Shown piece by piece: positions 54,232 to 64,000 of a DNA stretch of 64,000 nt. Source of the DNA: a virus; the IMG/VR virus record IMGVR_UViG_3300009155_000038. One strand, given 5' to 3'. Numbering within the stretch: the stretch's first letter is position 1; each line of letters begins with the position of its first letter. Position numbers and translations under genes: made by a program. The notes under the pieces were generated by a model. The model did not search any database. It was not told the origin of the DNA and worked only from the letters and a program-made list of their open reading frames with translations.

Positions 54232-55881
54232 TCAGCTTAAAAACCCTGCGGCTACAACAGACACAGCGACGTCTTCCGGGCGCGTCAGGAACGCTGTGGT
54301 GCGCCCAGAAACACCGCGAGCGTAGTCGGTTGGGATTACCAGCGTTGCGTTATCGCGTAAATACGTGACGGTACCATCTGGTCGGCGAATCCGGCCAAAC
54401 ATATCAATACTACTGAGCGCTTGGCGCCCCGTGAGATACTTGTGCGCTGCTGTGCTAATAACCGACGCGTTAAGCTGCCCAGAAAAACCGATTTTATTAA
54501 TGGCTTCGCTGACAGCTTGCTGAATTGCGGCAACATCAGGTGTTGCATCAGCTGCCTCTTTACGAATATCAAAAGCGATTTTTGTAAAGCACGGAACGGG
54601 CGCTTTTACAAGCACGTCTGATCCTCGCGCCCTTATGTCACGCGAACTTAAAAAGTCTTGCAGCTCAGCAATCAGCGGCATACCGATTGTGCGCACCGAA
54701 TAGATCTTTTTGTCTTTGTTGGCAACGAGTGTTCCCGGCGGTGTGTCCGTATCTTCGAACTGAATTACGGCTGTCTGATATCGCGTGTACGCGCCTTCTG
54801 GTACATAGAGCAAGTCGGGTACAAAACTCAGGTTTGTCAAATCAACGTTGCGGACATCAAGCGTAATTCCGTAGCCAGTCACATTCTTGCTTGTTGGCTG
54901 AGCAATACGTGTGACCTCATAAAATCCGGGTGCCGTGTTCCGCGATAGGATAATTTGCCACTTTGTGCCGGCCGTTGTTTGTCCCATATACGTCGCAGGT
55001 AACAGTTGCTCTGTTTCTTGCGCGTAGCCGTTTGTCTGCGCGTAGATGTCGACTTTTCCGCCGCCGGAGATTGGAAATAAACCGTGCTGATCCCGCTGCT
55101 GCTCTGGGTCGCCGCAGCCGACGAACGACAAGCTGACCGTATTCGCAAATTCAGGCTGATTTAAGATAGCAGCAGTAAAATTTTGCCTGCCGCCGATTGT
55201 TTTTGCCGACAGCCCCGCGGTCAGCTTAGCCAAGTATTCTTCGTTTGAGCTGGCGTTTTTGCCGTGAATAAAGTCCGCAGTTGCATAAGCCGCGCTGGTG
55301 TTGTTCAGTACGCTATTGGGCTGCAAAGGCGTGCCACGATTAATATTTCCGATAGCGCCAACAGTAGTAGCCTTTAAAACAATTGTCGCGGCGTATGTTC
55401 CGTCGCCTACCGGAATCATAGTGCGCTCATTAGCGGCGGTTGCAACCACATTCGGCGGCAAAATTGTAAATGTTGCCGTCGGTACAAATACGGCGCCTGT
55501 TGTGTCAGCTGTAAATCTCACAGCCTGAGATACAGTCGTGAGTACAGGTAAATTGAACACGAGGGTGGCTGTACCGGTCGCCGGGGTGCCCGCGTCACGA
55601 GTTACGTTGAAATTAGAGAGCACCTGATCTACTAGATCGGTGTCGGCAAGCGTCGGATCTTTTGTGATCTGCAGCAGGCTTTTACTGCGCAGTACCCGGT
55701 CGATATTTTCTTGAATCGCCGCGTTGAGCACGCCGTCAAAATACAGCACAAGATCGTGAAACACGCCGCGCGTCAGCTCGACTTCTGGGTGCCGTTCCGC
55801 CATAAGTTGCGACATTGTCGCAATCATGCTTTCGACTTTGGCCGTGTCTAGTTGTGTAAGGCTTGTGATCTGTAATGACAT
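54232..55881 (-). CDS. Baseplate J / gp6-like wedge protein
   Basis: LSNFNVTRDAGTPATGTATLVF...AVRF...ATTVGAIGNI...ATADFIHGKNASSNEEYL...GGKVDIY. Confidence 0.8.
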   Translation of the reverse strand: MSLQITSLTQLDTAKVESMIATMSQLMAERHPEVELTRGVFHDLVLYFDGVLNAAIQENIDRVLRSKSLLQITKDPTLADTDLVDQVLSNFNVTRDAGTPATGTATLVFNLPVLTTVSQAVRFTADTTGAVFVPTATFTILPPNVVATAANERTMIPVGDGTYAATIVLKATTVGAIGNINRGTPLQPNSVLNNTSAAYATADFIHGKNASSNEEYLAKLTAGLSAKTIGGRQNFTAAILNQPEFANTVSLSFVGCGDPEQQRDQHGLFPISGGGKVDIYAQTNGYAQETEQLLPATYMGQTTAGTKWQIILSRNTAPGFYEVTRIAQPTSKNVTGYGITLDVRNVDLTNLSFVPDLLYVPEGAYTRYQTAVIQFEDTDTPPGTLVANKDKKIYSVRTIGMPLIAELQDFLSSRDIRARGSDVLVKAPVPCFTKIAFDIRKEAADATPDVAAIQQAVSEAINKIGFSGQLNASVISTAAHKYLTGRQALSSIDMFGRIRRPDGTVTYLRDNATLVIPTDYARGVSGRTTAFLTRPEDVAVSVVAAGFLS

Positions 55882-55888
55882 GTAACAC

Positions 55889-56356
55889 CTACGGCAAAGT
55901 TTCTATCGGTAAAATAAGCGGGCGGGCGGTGCCGGCGCGGCTCAACACATTAACTTTTAAATTGAGATATCCGGGTAGAAATGAGATATCAACTAACGTT
56001 ACGTCGTCTAGTCTTTCGTCATTCGGCATGCCGCTATATTCTTCAGCCTGTAACGTCGTGCGTATACGAATAGCAGCGGCGTAAAAACTTTGAATCGCAT
56101 CTAACCGTGTTCGTGTGCGCCCTTGCCGAACAAGTGTCAAAAAATTACATCCGCGAGTCGGACGCCCCGGCATCGACCCAATTTCTGTTAGAAACTCAAG
56201 CGTCCACCGCTGCGCTAGTTTTTGCGCGCCCACACAGATCTGCCCGCCGGCGCCAGCCGAAAACAGCTGCATATCGAGCTTGCGTTCCCTTAGCGGGTCT
56301 GGGTTTTGAAACGCCAGAAAGTCGTATTTTCTTGTTGCGTAGTCAGCGAGACTCAT
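55889..56356 (-). CDS. Baseplate gp25/gpW-like protein (putative)
   Basis: GAQKLAQRWTLEFLTEIGS...GCNF...ERLDDVTLVDI...LKVNVLSRAG; directly upstream of the gpJ-like gene. Confidence 0.65.
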   Translation of the reverse strand: MSLADYATRKYDFLAFQNPDPLRERKLDMQLFSAGAGGQICVGAQKLAQRWTLEFLTEIGSMPGRPTRGCNFLTLVRQGRTRTRLDAIQSFYAAAIRIRTTLQAEEYSGMPNDERLDDVTLVDISFLPGYLNLKVNVLSRAGTARPLILPIETLP

Positions 56357-56401
56357 ATTATGTCAGCCCTGCTATAGCGCCGGCAAAACCGGCAAAAATT
56401 A

Positions 56402-56890
56402 CTAGCCGCCGCTATTGACACTCAACGCGGATTTACCAGATTTGATAAACGTGTTTACGCCACCTTTAAGGCAACTGAAAACGCTTTTATCCGCCTGACT
56501 GTGCCCATCAAGTCGTCCATGCATAAATGAAGCACAGCGGGCATAACTAGCGTGACGTGTACGAAACGCGCGCTCTTCTGACGCCATAAAGTCAGCCTGC
56601 CACTTCATCGCAATAAGGTCGCCCGTGGTGCCGCCCCCGATGCCGGCGCCACTAAGCACGTCAGCCGAATACACGCGGTTAATGTCATTCCTATCCCACG
56701 CTGGATCGTGCATTGTTGGCACGTCAAGCAGTTCTTTTTTCTTTAATTCAGTCGGCGTATGCCATGGGCGCGCGTCACCAGAAAATCTAAATGTCGTCGC
56801 CATTTGACCGGCGATATCTTCAAGTTGATTAATGCGCGCAACAAATTTTGAGTCGAGCTGTCCTTTGCTTTTGCCGCGACCTGTTTTCAT
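56402..56890 (-). CDS. Hypothetical protein
   Basis: 162 aa in the baseplate block. Confidence 0.65.
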   Translation of the reverse strand: MKTGRGKSKGQLDSKFVARINQLEDIAGQMATTFRFSGDARPWHTPTELKKKELLDVPTMHDPAWDRNDINRVYSADVLSGAGIGGGTTGDLIAMKWQADFMASEERAFRTRHASYARCASFMHGRLDGHSQADKSVFSCLKGGVNTFIKSGKSALSVNSGG

Positions 56891-56901
56891 GTTATATCCC
56901 C

Positions 56902-57717
56902 TTAAAACCCGCCGTGAGTGTATTGTTTGTCGAGCATGCTTTGAATCTTTGCTGCGCGCTGACTAACCGCGCCCGGCGTGATGTTAAGACGATGTGCAAT
57001 ATCTTGCGTGCTGGCTTTGCGTCGACCGTTACGCCCTAGTGTCATATCGGCAATGAGCTTGTCTGTTGGGCTCAGATCGTCATATACAAAGTTAAACCAA
57101 GCGTCGGCAGCCCGTGTTGATCCCGGCACTACGCTTGCCACATCGCCACCGTAGTTTTCTTCTGAGGTTACGTCGCGTGTAGTTGTGCCCTCAGATACAG
57201 GCTGATTAAACGCACGAATCTTTTGAATGCGCCGTTTGGATAGACTTGTTGAATCCGCCAGCTCATCGTCTGTCGGGTCGCGGCCAAGTTCGTCGCGCAT
57301 TTGGTTTTCGTGTTCGTTTAGGCGCGAAAAATCCAGCCCGACCTGCTCTGGAATGGAAATGATATTTTGAGACTGCGCTGACAGTCGGCGTATGCCCTGC
57401 AGCTGCGACAGTAGGTGTGTCCGCACATTGCCGCGGTTGGCGTCATAGCTGTCCAGCGCCTTGAGGGCCATCATTCTGGCTTTTGACTTAATGGTCGGAT
57501 GCGCGTTCTGTCCGGCGTAACTTGTGACAGCCGTGTCGATAACCGGCTGAATCGTCTTCAAAATAGCTGTATTGCTTTCAGGCGTACGGTCGTTTTGCCA
57601 CTGGGTGTAGGCAGTATCAAAAGCGTCGGCAACGCCCGCCGGCTTTTTCTCTGAGAACGGCCCCGGAATGTCGCCAAGAATAGACGGCATGCCAGCAGGT
57701 TTTTTGTTGTTGGTCAT
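56902..57717 (-). CDS. RNA polymerase sigma-70-family factor
   Basis: Region 2 ARMMALKALDSYDANRGNVRTHLLSQLQGIRR; region 3 MRDELGRDPTDDELADSTSLSKRRI; region 4 LSPTDKLIADMTLG...STQDIAHRLNITPGAVSQ. Confidence 0.85.
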   Translation of the reverse strand: MTNNKKPAGMPSILGDIPGPFSEKKPAGVADAFDTAYTQWQNDRTPESNTAILKTIQPVIDTAVTSYAGQNAHPTIKSKARMMALKALDSYDANRGNVRTHLLSQLQGIRRLSAQSQNIISIPEQVGLDFSRLNEHENQMRDELGRDPTDDELADSTSLSKRRIQKIRAFNQPVSEGTTTRDVTSEENYGGDVASVVPGSTRAADAWFNFVYDDLSPTDKLIADMTLGRNGRRKASTQDIAHRLNITPGAVSQRAAKIQSMLDKQYTHGGF

Positions 57718-57721
57718 GTTA

Positions 57722-59386
57722 CTAGCCCGCTGAAGTCTTTAATGCGCCGCCAAACCACGCAATCCCGTCGTTATAAAGTGGCGCTGACGCCGCTGAAATA
57801 TTTTCGTCGCCGTCTTCTTCGATTGTGCGAATATACGCAAGCGCAAAAGATGTACCGGCTAATGCGCGTTCGGCGTTAATCGAGTATGACACCTGTGTAA
57901 CAGCCGCGACCATGTAGCCGTCCGAGCCAATCTCCGCAATTGGCATCTCAATTCTAACAATACTGCCGGGGGCAATATCAAAACGCAATTTGCCAGACAA
58001 TTCGCCGTAACGTTGCCCCAGTAACTCTGTTTTGTACCAGTGATGCGCAAATCTATTCGCTACGGCGCTGTCTGTCATAGCCTGCGCCGCTTCCGCTTGT
58101 GTAAACCAATCCGGCGATGGATTTGAGTCGCCAGTGCCGGGCGCCATGCAATCTCCCGGCGTTTGAGCTTTAACGCCCGTCGTGGCACCTGCCGCACCGC
58201 CCCACGAGGCAATATTTGCAATCCATGTCGGCGGTTCTTTGAATAGCTTTAATCCGGGCCGATCTTCATTTTCGTTGCCTGTCGCCGATATTGGATAAAA
58301 ACCAAGTGGCTGCGCAAACGAATCGACGTTGTTTATTTCCAAGCCCAACTCGGGGCCCACAGCGGCATTGAACGGCCAAAATACTGTCACAGTTTCTAGG
58401 AGCTGTGTCATGTGGGCATTGAAATTAGCGTAGCTGTACTCGTCGGCTGCTATTTCTTTGCCCTGTCCGGCTTTCCAGCGCAGACCGCCAAAGAAAGGAA
58501 TGGCGAGCGCGTGTTCAACTCCCGGCGATATCGCGAAGAAAAACTGCGGCGCATAATGCCCGATTAGTTTCCCCCAAAACGATGTATACGCAAATGACTC
58601 TAGAGCGTCGACTTCCAAAGCTTTACGTAACGCCTCATCCATATTGTGTGAGGCTAACCCGTCTAGATTGAGCCCTAATAGCGGCGCTGAACCTTGAGCG
58701 CCGCCGGGGATACGCGATAGCGCGTCAAGAGCAGCAGTATTTTTCCCATCGTTCGGCAAATCAAAATTTGCCACCGATTCAAACACAGGTTTGATAACCG
58801 CGCCCCACAGATCAGTTGACGCGTTTTCGTGATTAATTATTTGCCCGTCTGGATCAAACGCCGGCACGGGTAAAGCATCGGAGGGCTGCCCAATACCCGC
58901 GTCAGACGCCTGCGCCGCGGCAGCATAGCATCCCGCATTAAATGCCAAGTCATACGGCGCGTTCGGGAACCAGTTCCCGTTCAGCATTGATGAGTTATTC
59001 AGCTCGTCAAGCCAGTGAACAAGGTGCATCGTATAGTTGGCGCTGTTGCTGGACCGCTGATACCCGGTGCCGGCAAGCATACCCTCGAAAATTACAAACT
59101 CGCCCGACTCCATTTTTTCTCTGTTGCCTTCTTCGGGCGTAATAGTCAGCGTAACGATGACTTTATCGCGCGGCCTGAATTTTGCCTTGGCATCGTGAAT
59201 AGTAGCTTTTTTCGTCTGATTGCTGCGTGCGTCATAACCTACGGCCACAACCATCGTGGCAGTGGGAATGCTATTTAAACCAAACGTGGCCGATATCGAC
59301 ACAATATCTTCAAACGTCACGTCTCCGCTTTTGGTGGTGACGACGGCTTTTAGCGCAAACTTGGAATAGACGTACGGCTCAGCCAT
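57722..59386 (-). CDS. Baseplate hub (gp27/gpD-like) protein (putative)
   Basis: C-terminal GELSGKLRFDIAPGSIVRI...YMVAAVTQVSYSI...TSFAL resembles hub proteins. Confidence 0.6.
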   Translation of the reverse strand: MAEPYVYSKFALKAVVTTKSGDVTFEDIVSISATFGLNSIPTATMVVAVGYDARSNQTKKATIHDAKAKFRPRDKVIVTLTITPEEGNREKMESGEFVIFEGMLAGTGYQRSSNSANYTMHLVHWLDELNNSSMLNGNWFPNAPYDLAFNAGCYAAAAQASDAGIGQPSDALPVPAFDPDGQIINHENASTDLWGAVIKPVFESVANFDLPNDGKNTAALDALSRIPGGAQGSAPLLGLNLDGLASHNMDEALRKALEVDALESFAYTSFWGKLIGHYAPQFFFAISPGVEHALAIPFFGGLRWKAGQGKEIAADEYSYANFNAHMTQLLETVTVFWPFNAAVGPELGLEINNVDSFAQPLGFYPISATGNENEDRPGLKLFKEPPTWIANIASWGGAAGATTGVKAQTPGDCMAPGTGDSNPSPDWFTQAEAAQAMTDSAVANRFAHHWYKTELLGQRYGELSGKLRFDIAPGSIVRIEMPIAEIGSDGYMVAAVTQVSYSINAERALAGTSFALAYIRTIEEDGDENISAASAPLYNDGIAWFGGALKTSAG

Positions 59387-60302
59387 TTTTATTACTTCTG
59401 CGTTCGTTTACTCGGTATATATGGGCCAATACAAAACCACTCAAGCGATATGCGGGCAGCGGATGATCAAACCACAGATTTTTAAATGTCTTGTATGGTT
59501 CTGACGGTGCCACGCCAAACAACTCAAGCGCGGCAGGTTCGCCGAGCAATTCTAACGCCGGTAAAATAGTTGCGATAGCCGCCGGAGGATTTGTTGCGAG
59601 ATCGACTAACCAGTTTGCCGGGCTGGTTGCGTGCTCGGCTGGCAACATAGACGGCGTTACTTTAACGCTTGTGTCCGGCAACGTAATGGTCGGTAGACTA
59701 GTTAAATCTGGCACAGGCACAATAAGCGGGGCAGCCAACGAGTTGATCTGCTTGACATAAAGCGCGTTTGTACCCGATGTTCCTTGTCCAACAGCCGATT
59801 CCTGTAAAAAAATATCTCCGGCTGTTTCCGCGGTTAAAAAATCGGTGGCTTCCGTAAGTAGCGCTTCTGTCAGCGTTGTAGCTTGGTCGTCCGTAGTCAG
59901 CGATACAAAATATTGCCGCTGCGCTATCGGCGTTGCGTTTGTCGCACTAAAAGAACCAGCCGCAGAGAGTTGGCGATGCCTACCGGTTACCTGCGTGACG
60001 GCAATTGGTGGCGCAATTTGGAAATTCGCTTTGGCTCGCGGCCAGTATGTTACGCGAGGATCCAAAGCGTAAATATACTCTGCTAGCTCTGTTTGATGTA
60101 TGTAAGACAGCAACTCTAGCGCGCGAAAGTTTAGAAACCGCTGATCTGGGTTTGCGCCAAATAACAAAGTTTGAATTGTTTTCAGTACGCTTGATAACTC
60201 GACGCGCTTGTAGTCCGGCGAGATGTACTCGTAACCGGCGTCTCTGGCGTGCGCGCGTTTTGCGGGCGTGTTCAACAGTAATGTGCGTGCGTGATTGATC
60301 AT
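59379..60302 (-). CDS. Hypothetical structural protein
   Basis: MINHARTLLLN; lies between the tube-like and hub-like genes. Confidence 0.65.
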   Translation of the reverse strand: MINHARTLLLNTPAKRAHARDAGYEYISPDYKRVELSSVLKTIQTLLFGANPDQRFLNFRALELLSYIHQTELAEYIYALDPRVTYWPRAKANFQIAPPIAVTQVTGRHRQLSAAGSFSATNATPIAQRQYFVSLTTDDQATTLTEALLTEATDFLTAETAGDIFLQESAVGQGTSGTNALYVKQINSLAAPLIVPVPDLTSLPTITLPDTSVKVTPSMLPAEHATSPANWLVDLATNPPAAIATILPALELLGEPAALELFGVAPSEPYKTFKNLWFDHPLPAYRLSGFVLAHIYRVNERRSNKNG

Positions 60303-60309
60303 ACTGCTG

Positions 60310-60780
60310 CTACTTCTTTTTTGGGACTACATTAAAGCGCAAAGACCATTGCGCAATCATTGTTTGCGCGTCCTGTAGCTCTAAGCGCATGCCGGTTAAA
60401 AACGCGTAAAAAGTTGCGTTCTCTGAATCACCAAGAGTAACTGACAGTTTTCCATTTTTAAACAGTCTGTTCTCGGCGTAGAAATCGAGCAGCGCTCCGG
60501 GCTTAGACGACCCAACGACGTTGCAAGAGTCTGTTGCAAAACCAAGCCCGGATACTACTAGTTCGCTAACGCGGTCGCCAAAACTGTAGACATAAATGAA
60601 GTCGTTTAATGTGTGCAGAAATTGGTAGTTTCCATTTTGCTCTAGCGCAAAACCAGACATGGGTATATTGAAATTTATGTCTCCGCCGCCGCCGTTGCTA
60701 AAGCGGACAGCGAACACTTTATTGTTGTCGCTGCGTATTTTTACAATAGCGCCGCTAACTGGACTAAAAACAGTTGGCAT
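60310..60780 (-). CDS. Tail tube-fold/tail initiator-like protein (putative)
   Basis: Beta-rich 156 aa (NYQFLHTLNDFIYVYSFGDR...IAQWSLRFNVV) immediately after the tape measure. Confidence 0.5.
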   Translation of the reverse strand: MPTVFSPVSGAIVKIRSDNNKVFAVRFSNGGGGDINFNIPMSGFALEQNGNYQFLHTLNDFIYVYSFGDRVSELVVSGLGFATDSCNVVGSSKPGALLDFYAENRLFKNGKLSVTLGDSENATFYAFLTGMRLELQDAQTMIAQWSLRFNVVPKKK

Positions 60781-60794
60781 AGGTCACCTGTAAT

Positions 60795-63700
60795 TTACTG
60801 CCCTGTGGGCGGGCCAAGGGCAACCGGCGCGCCGCCGTCTGGTGTTTCTTCCATGCGCTGCCCTGTTGCAGCCAGTATGGCTTCACGAAGACCATTTAAT
60901 GTCAGCGTGCCGTTAACCTTCATTGACTCTGCCTGTGGTCGGCTACGATCGTTGCCGGGCTGACTGGTGTTAGTTGTACTTTGCGCAGCACTTACACCAG
61001 ACGGAGATTGCTGCTGCTGTACGACGGCGCCGCCATCTTTCACGATCGCCTTTTCTCGTTTTTCGAGTTCTTTGTATCGCGTGTTATCCTCATAAGACGC
61101 AAACACCTTATTACCCCAAAAACTGGTGGCTTTTCTATCATTGATTTCACCCATTTCTTTGCGAACAAAGCTTAATGGGTCGCCGGAATCAAGTTCATTT
61201 TTGCGCTGCGTGAGGTCTTTGTGTTTCTGTGAGTCCGCATCTGTTCGAAACGTGCGGCCGTAACGATTTGTCGTTGACCGGCTTTCGATCTCTGATAACT
61301 GTTCTTGAACAAGTGCCGATTCTGTAGCGGGCTGCACAGCACGCGGTAACTGCTGTGTCCCCCCGTTCGCAGCATCACGATTTGCAGCTTGCTGTTGCTG
61401 CTCGGGCGTCATGACGTTGTTAGACGACACGCCCTGCTGCTTAGATAACGCCGTGTGTAACCGATCAAAGTTCTGTTGGTCTTGCTGCGTGAAGTTGTAA
61501 CCGGGTCCGCCATACTCGGCTGGGAAGTTTGTAATCCCGCGCGACGTGGTCGCGGCCTGTTTCATTTTTTGCAGGCCAGCAGCCCGTTCTTCTGGGCTAA
61601 ACTGATTGAACAATTCAACTGCTGCGGCGTCGGGCAGTGACAGCAATAATTGTTTACTGGTGTCGTCGCGTACTAACGAATCTATGTAGGCAGCAGACGG
61701 GTTTTTCTTAATGTTATCAATGAGTTGTTGCTGCTCAGGCGTAACTTTTTCAGTTACGCCAAGCTTTTTGTAGTCGTAGACTGCCGCAGCGCCGTCAGAC
61801 GCCGGGACCAGCGTTGCGTCGGAAGCTTTTTCTTCGGCCGTCATCGCGGCGCGCTTTGCTTCACGTCTGGCCGCTACTGATTCGGGATCGAAGCCCTGTC
61901 GTTTTGCTTCTTCTTGTGTCGTGAGGAAAATCTTGTCTAGTATTTCGTGTCGCTTGTCCTTGTCAGAGCTGGTCAACGCGTTGAAATGCTGTTCAGCTAA
62001 TTGCTCGGCTCTCGCGGGGGATGCTTCATCATTTTCGACGAAGTACGCAGCAAGACGTTCTTTTGACTTTGACTCCATGACCTTTGTGCGCTGTTCAGGC
62101 GTAAGGTTCTCTACACCGCCCATATCTTCTACGACAACGTCGGTCAGAATCTTGCTGAGCTTGTCGACAACAGCTTCGCCTTTGATCTTGCCCGTTTCGG
62201 TATCGTCACCGAAACTCTCTTTGCGCAGTTGTTTGTATTCGCGGCTGTTTATTTCAGGCAGCATGCGATCTTTAATACCGCGGCTGACCTCTGACTTAAA
62301 TGCGGCTTCACGTGCCGTAGGTCTGTTAGCAGCTTCAGCTACTGATTGCCCGTTCTGTGCCAGCCCGGGGCTTTCAAGCCCGCCAATTTGACGCGACACG
62401 CGCAGGAACGACGCGCTGCTTCGGGCAGCTTCTTGCTGCTCCTGCGGTAAGTGGCGGATGCTGCGTTCAAACGCGCGCGGATCTTCTTCAAGCGCCGCGA
62501 CAGCAAACGCCTGCACGTCTTTTTCACTAGCGCGGTCACCGAGCATTTCTTGCGCTAGTGCTTTTGCGCCAGCTTGTACGTCGTCCGCCGTGCCAGTGTT
62601 ATACGCCTTAAACAAGATATCTGCGCGCTGTTTCCGCGCAGCGTTAATTTTACGCTCTTGATCAGTGGTGCCGTCAGCTTCTCCGACAGATCGCATTCGC
62701 GCCTTATCGACCAGCGACGCTTTTTCTTCCTCTGTCAGCTTATGATTTTTGTCGTACCCAGCCAGCTCCATGAGTCGTTTTTGTTCCGGGCCGTCTGGAT
62801 TTTCTGCCGCCGCCTCGGCAAGCTTTTTAACTTTTTCTTCGGTGATCGTAGACGCGTTGTACATCGCGCCAGCGTGTACAAGTGCGTCCTGCGCTTCAGG
62901 CGCGTACTTTTTCAGCATCTCGTCTGTTGAGATAACGTGCGTAATTTTCTTTAAAGCTTCAGAGCGAACCATAGGGTCAGACGACGACAAACCTTCTAGG
63001 TTATCGCTGAGGCGCTGTATCCCGTTCGACTCCGTACCGGACGACATAGCTTTTACACGGTCGGCGTGTTTTTCTTGTACGGCCAGATCTGCGTTTTTTT
63101 GCTGTCGGGCTCTGCTGTTGTACTCTTGTTGCACCGTCTCTATGGTCATGCCCGTACGTTGTTTGGCAACGATATCAAACTCAGCGTACGCGGTATTCAT
63201 AGCTTCTCTACGGTCTTCTGGCGTATCGCCGTAGAGTTCGGACATTATTTCCGACGCGCGCTTTTCCGCGGCAGCTTCGCTCAGCCCGCCGCCTTTGTCG
63301 CTTCGAAAATGCGCGGCGTATTCTTCTGTCAGCCGGCGCTCCATTGTTTCAGCCCGCTCTTCTGGCGTCATGTCTGCCGTTTCATTCACGACAATGTCGC
63401 CGAGCTTGTTACTGATCCCCGCCATAAGCGCAACCTTATGTTTGCGCCATTGCTCGTCCGTCATCCCAGCGGGGCGGAACTTATCGTTAAATTCTTTCGT
63501 GTTAGCTTTCGACATTAATTTTTGCCGATGCGCGGTGCCTAAGCGCTGCGTTATTTGATACACGCCCGCGTCTTTCGCGTAGCCCGCTTTCTCGTAGCGT
63601 AAAGTGCCGTCTGTATCGCGAAACGCGGCATTAACAACGTCACGGTCCGCACCAGAGCGCCGGGCGATGTCGAGCACGCCTGAAACGCCCTGCTGTCCGG

Positions 63701-64000
63701 CAATTTGCGCGAGGTTAACTGTTTTGCCGTCGTAGGTGTACGTTTCCTCACCCTTTCGATACGCTTCAGCCGCGGCAGCTAACTCCGTGCCTTTGTATTT
63801 CTTTTCGTTCTCAGTAGCCAACCGGTTTAACGCCGCCAGAGATAAGCCCGTATATGACCGGTCGCCGCGCTGGATAAGCTCTTGATTTTTTCGTTCCGCA
63901 TCTGCTTTTGATAACTTACCCCAGCCCGGTTTGTGCACACCCTGATCGTCCATAGCGTTAGAAGCAGCTATAGCGGTGTTTAATTGATTCATTACAGTTT
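60795..64000 (-). CDS. Tape-measure-like protein, 3' part (frame open to right edge)
   Basis: More than 1065 aa, A/E/K/R-rich helical; no in-frame stop between ATG 63992 and the window end; canonical position upstream of baseplate genes. Confidence 0.7.
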   Translation of the reverse strand, partial: TVMNQLNTAIAASNAMDDQGVHKPGWGKLSKADAERKNQELIQRGDRSYTGLSLAALNRLATENEKKYKGTELAAAAEAYRKGEETYTYDGKTVNLAQIAGQQGVSGVLDIARRSGADRDVVNAAFRDTDGTLRYEKAGYAKDAGVYQITQRLGTAHRQKLMSKANTKEFNDKFRPAGMTDEQWRKHKVALMAGISNKLGDIVVNETADMTPEERAETMERRLTEEYAAHFRSDKGGGLSEAAAEKRASEIMSELYGDTPEDRREAMNTAYAEFDIVAKQRTGMTIETVQQEYNSRARQQKNADLAVQEKHADRVKAMSSGTESNGIQRLSDNLEGLSSSDPMVRSEALKKITHVISTDEMLKKYAPEAQDALVHAGAMYNASTITEEKVKKLAEAAAENPDGPEQKRLMELAGYDKNHKLTEEEKASLVDKARMRSVGEADGTTDQERKINAARKQRADILFKAYNTGTADDVQAGAKALAQEMLGDRASEKDVQAFAVAALEEDPRAFERSIRHLPQEQQEAARSSASFLRVSRQIGGLESPGLAQNGQSVAEAANRPTAREAAFKSEVSRGIKDRMLPEINSREYKQLRKESFGDDTETGKIKGEAVVDKLSKILTDVVVEDMGGVENLTPEQRTKVMESKSKERLAAYFVENDEASPARAEQLAEQHFNALTSSDKDKRHEILDKIFLTTQEEAKRQGFDPESVAARREAKRAAMTAEEKASDATLVPASDGAAAVYDYKKLGVTEKVTPEQQQLIDNIKKNPSAAYIDSLVRDDTSKQLLLSLPDAAAVELFNQFSPEERAAGLQKMKQAATTSRGITNFPAEYGGPGYNFTQQDQQNFDRLHTALSKQQGVSSNNVMTPEQQQQAANRDAANGGTQQLPRAVQPATESALVQEQLSEIESRSTTNRYGRTFRTDADSQKHKDLTQRKNELDSGDPLSFVRKEMGEINDRKATSFWGNKVFASYEDNTRYKELEKREKAIVKDGGAVVQQQQSPSGVSAAQSTTNTSQPGNDRSRPQAESMKVNGTLTLNGLREAILAATGQRMEETPDGGAPVALGPPTGQ

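Noticed and set aside
1-64000. CRISPR array, integrase/transposase, reverse transcriptase/DGR, rRNA
   Set aside because: No regularly spaced repeat-spacer array and no catalytic motifs for these found by eye; the collagen and Cys repeats are coding
1-64000. Stop-codon reassignment (alternative genetic code)
   Set aside because: Genes are full length and tightly packed under the standard code, with TAA, TAG and TGA all used as stops

Overview
The window is a 64-kb segment of a large tailed dsDNA phage (myovirus-like, probably jumbo class). It is very gene-dense and almost all genes lie on the minus strand. The left part (1-21 kb) is an accessory/early-type region of small ORFs. It includes an XRE HTH, a MazG-like gene, a SEC-C protein, a DUF6745 pair, a DUF3085-alphaCTD fusion, a DUF6915/DUF6878 pair, and a DUF1257-DUF2997-Ycf46-like AAA ATPase-DUF3150 operon. 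The middle (21-35 kb) holds a plus-strand terminase large subunit, a GIY-YIG/T5orf172 fusion, a GNAT, tRNA-Thr(UGU), a pyrimidine-dimer-glycosylase-like gene, a degenerate DnaG-like protein and a CsrA homologue. The right part (35-64 kb) is a tail/baseplate module: two collagen-like fibres (one with about 15 four-Cys repeats), five paralogous Cys-rich tail proteins, baseplate wedge and hub-like genes, a sigma-70-family factor and the 3' part of a tape-measure-like gene. The most unusual observations are these. (i) The tail apparatus is extremely Cys-rich and is flanked by two paralogous CxxC/CxC small proteins, a possible phage disulfide/assembly system. (ii) All three plus-strand genes share a palindromic CATG start with a divergent minus-strand ORF, and two of them share a CTAG stop with a convergent one. 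(iii) Three intergenic regions are densely structured and are candidate ncRNAs or RNase III sites. The host is tentatively Planctomycetota (inference only). All family names are from motif recognition by eye; no database search was run.
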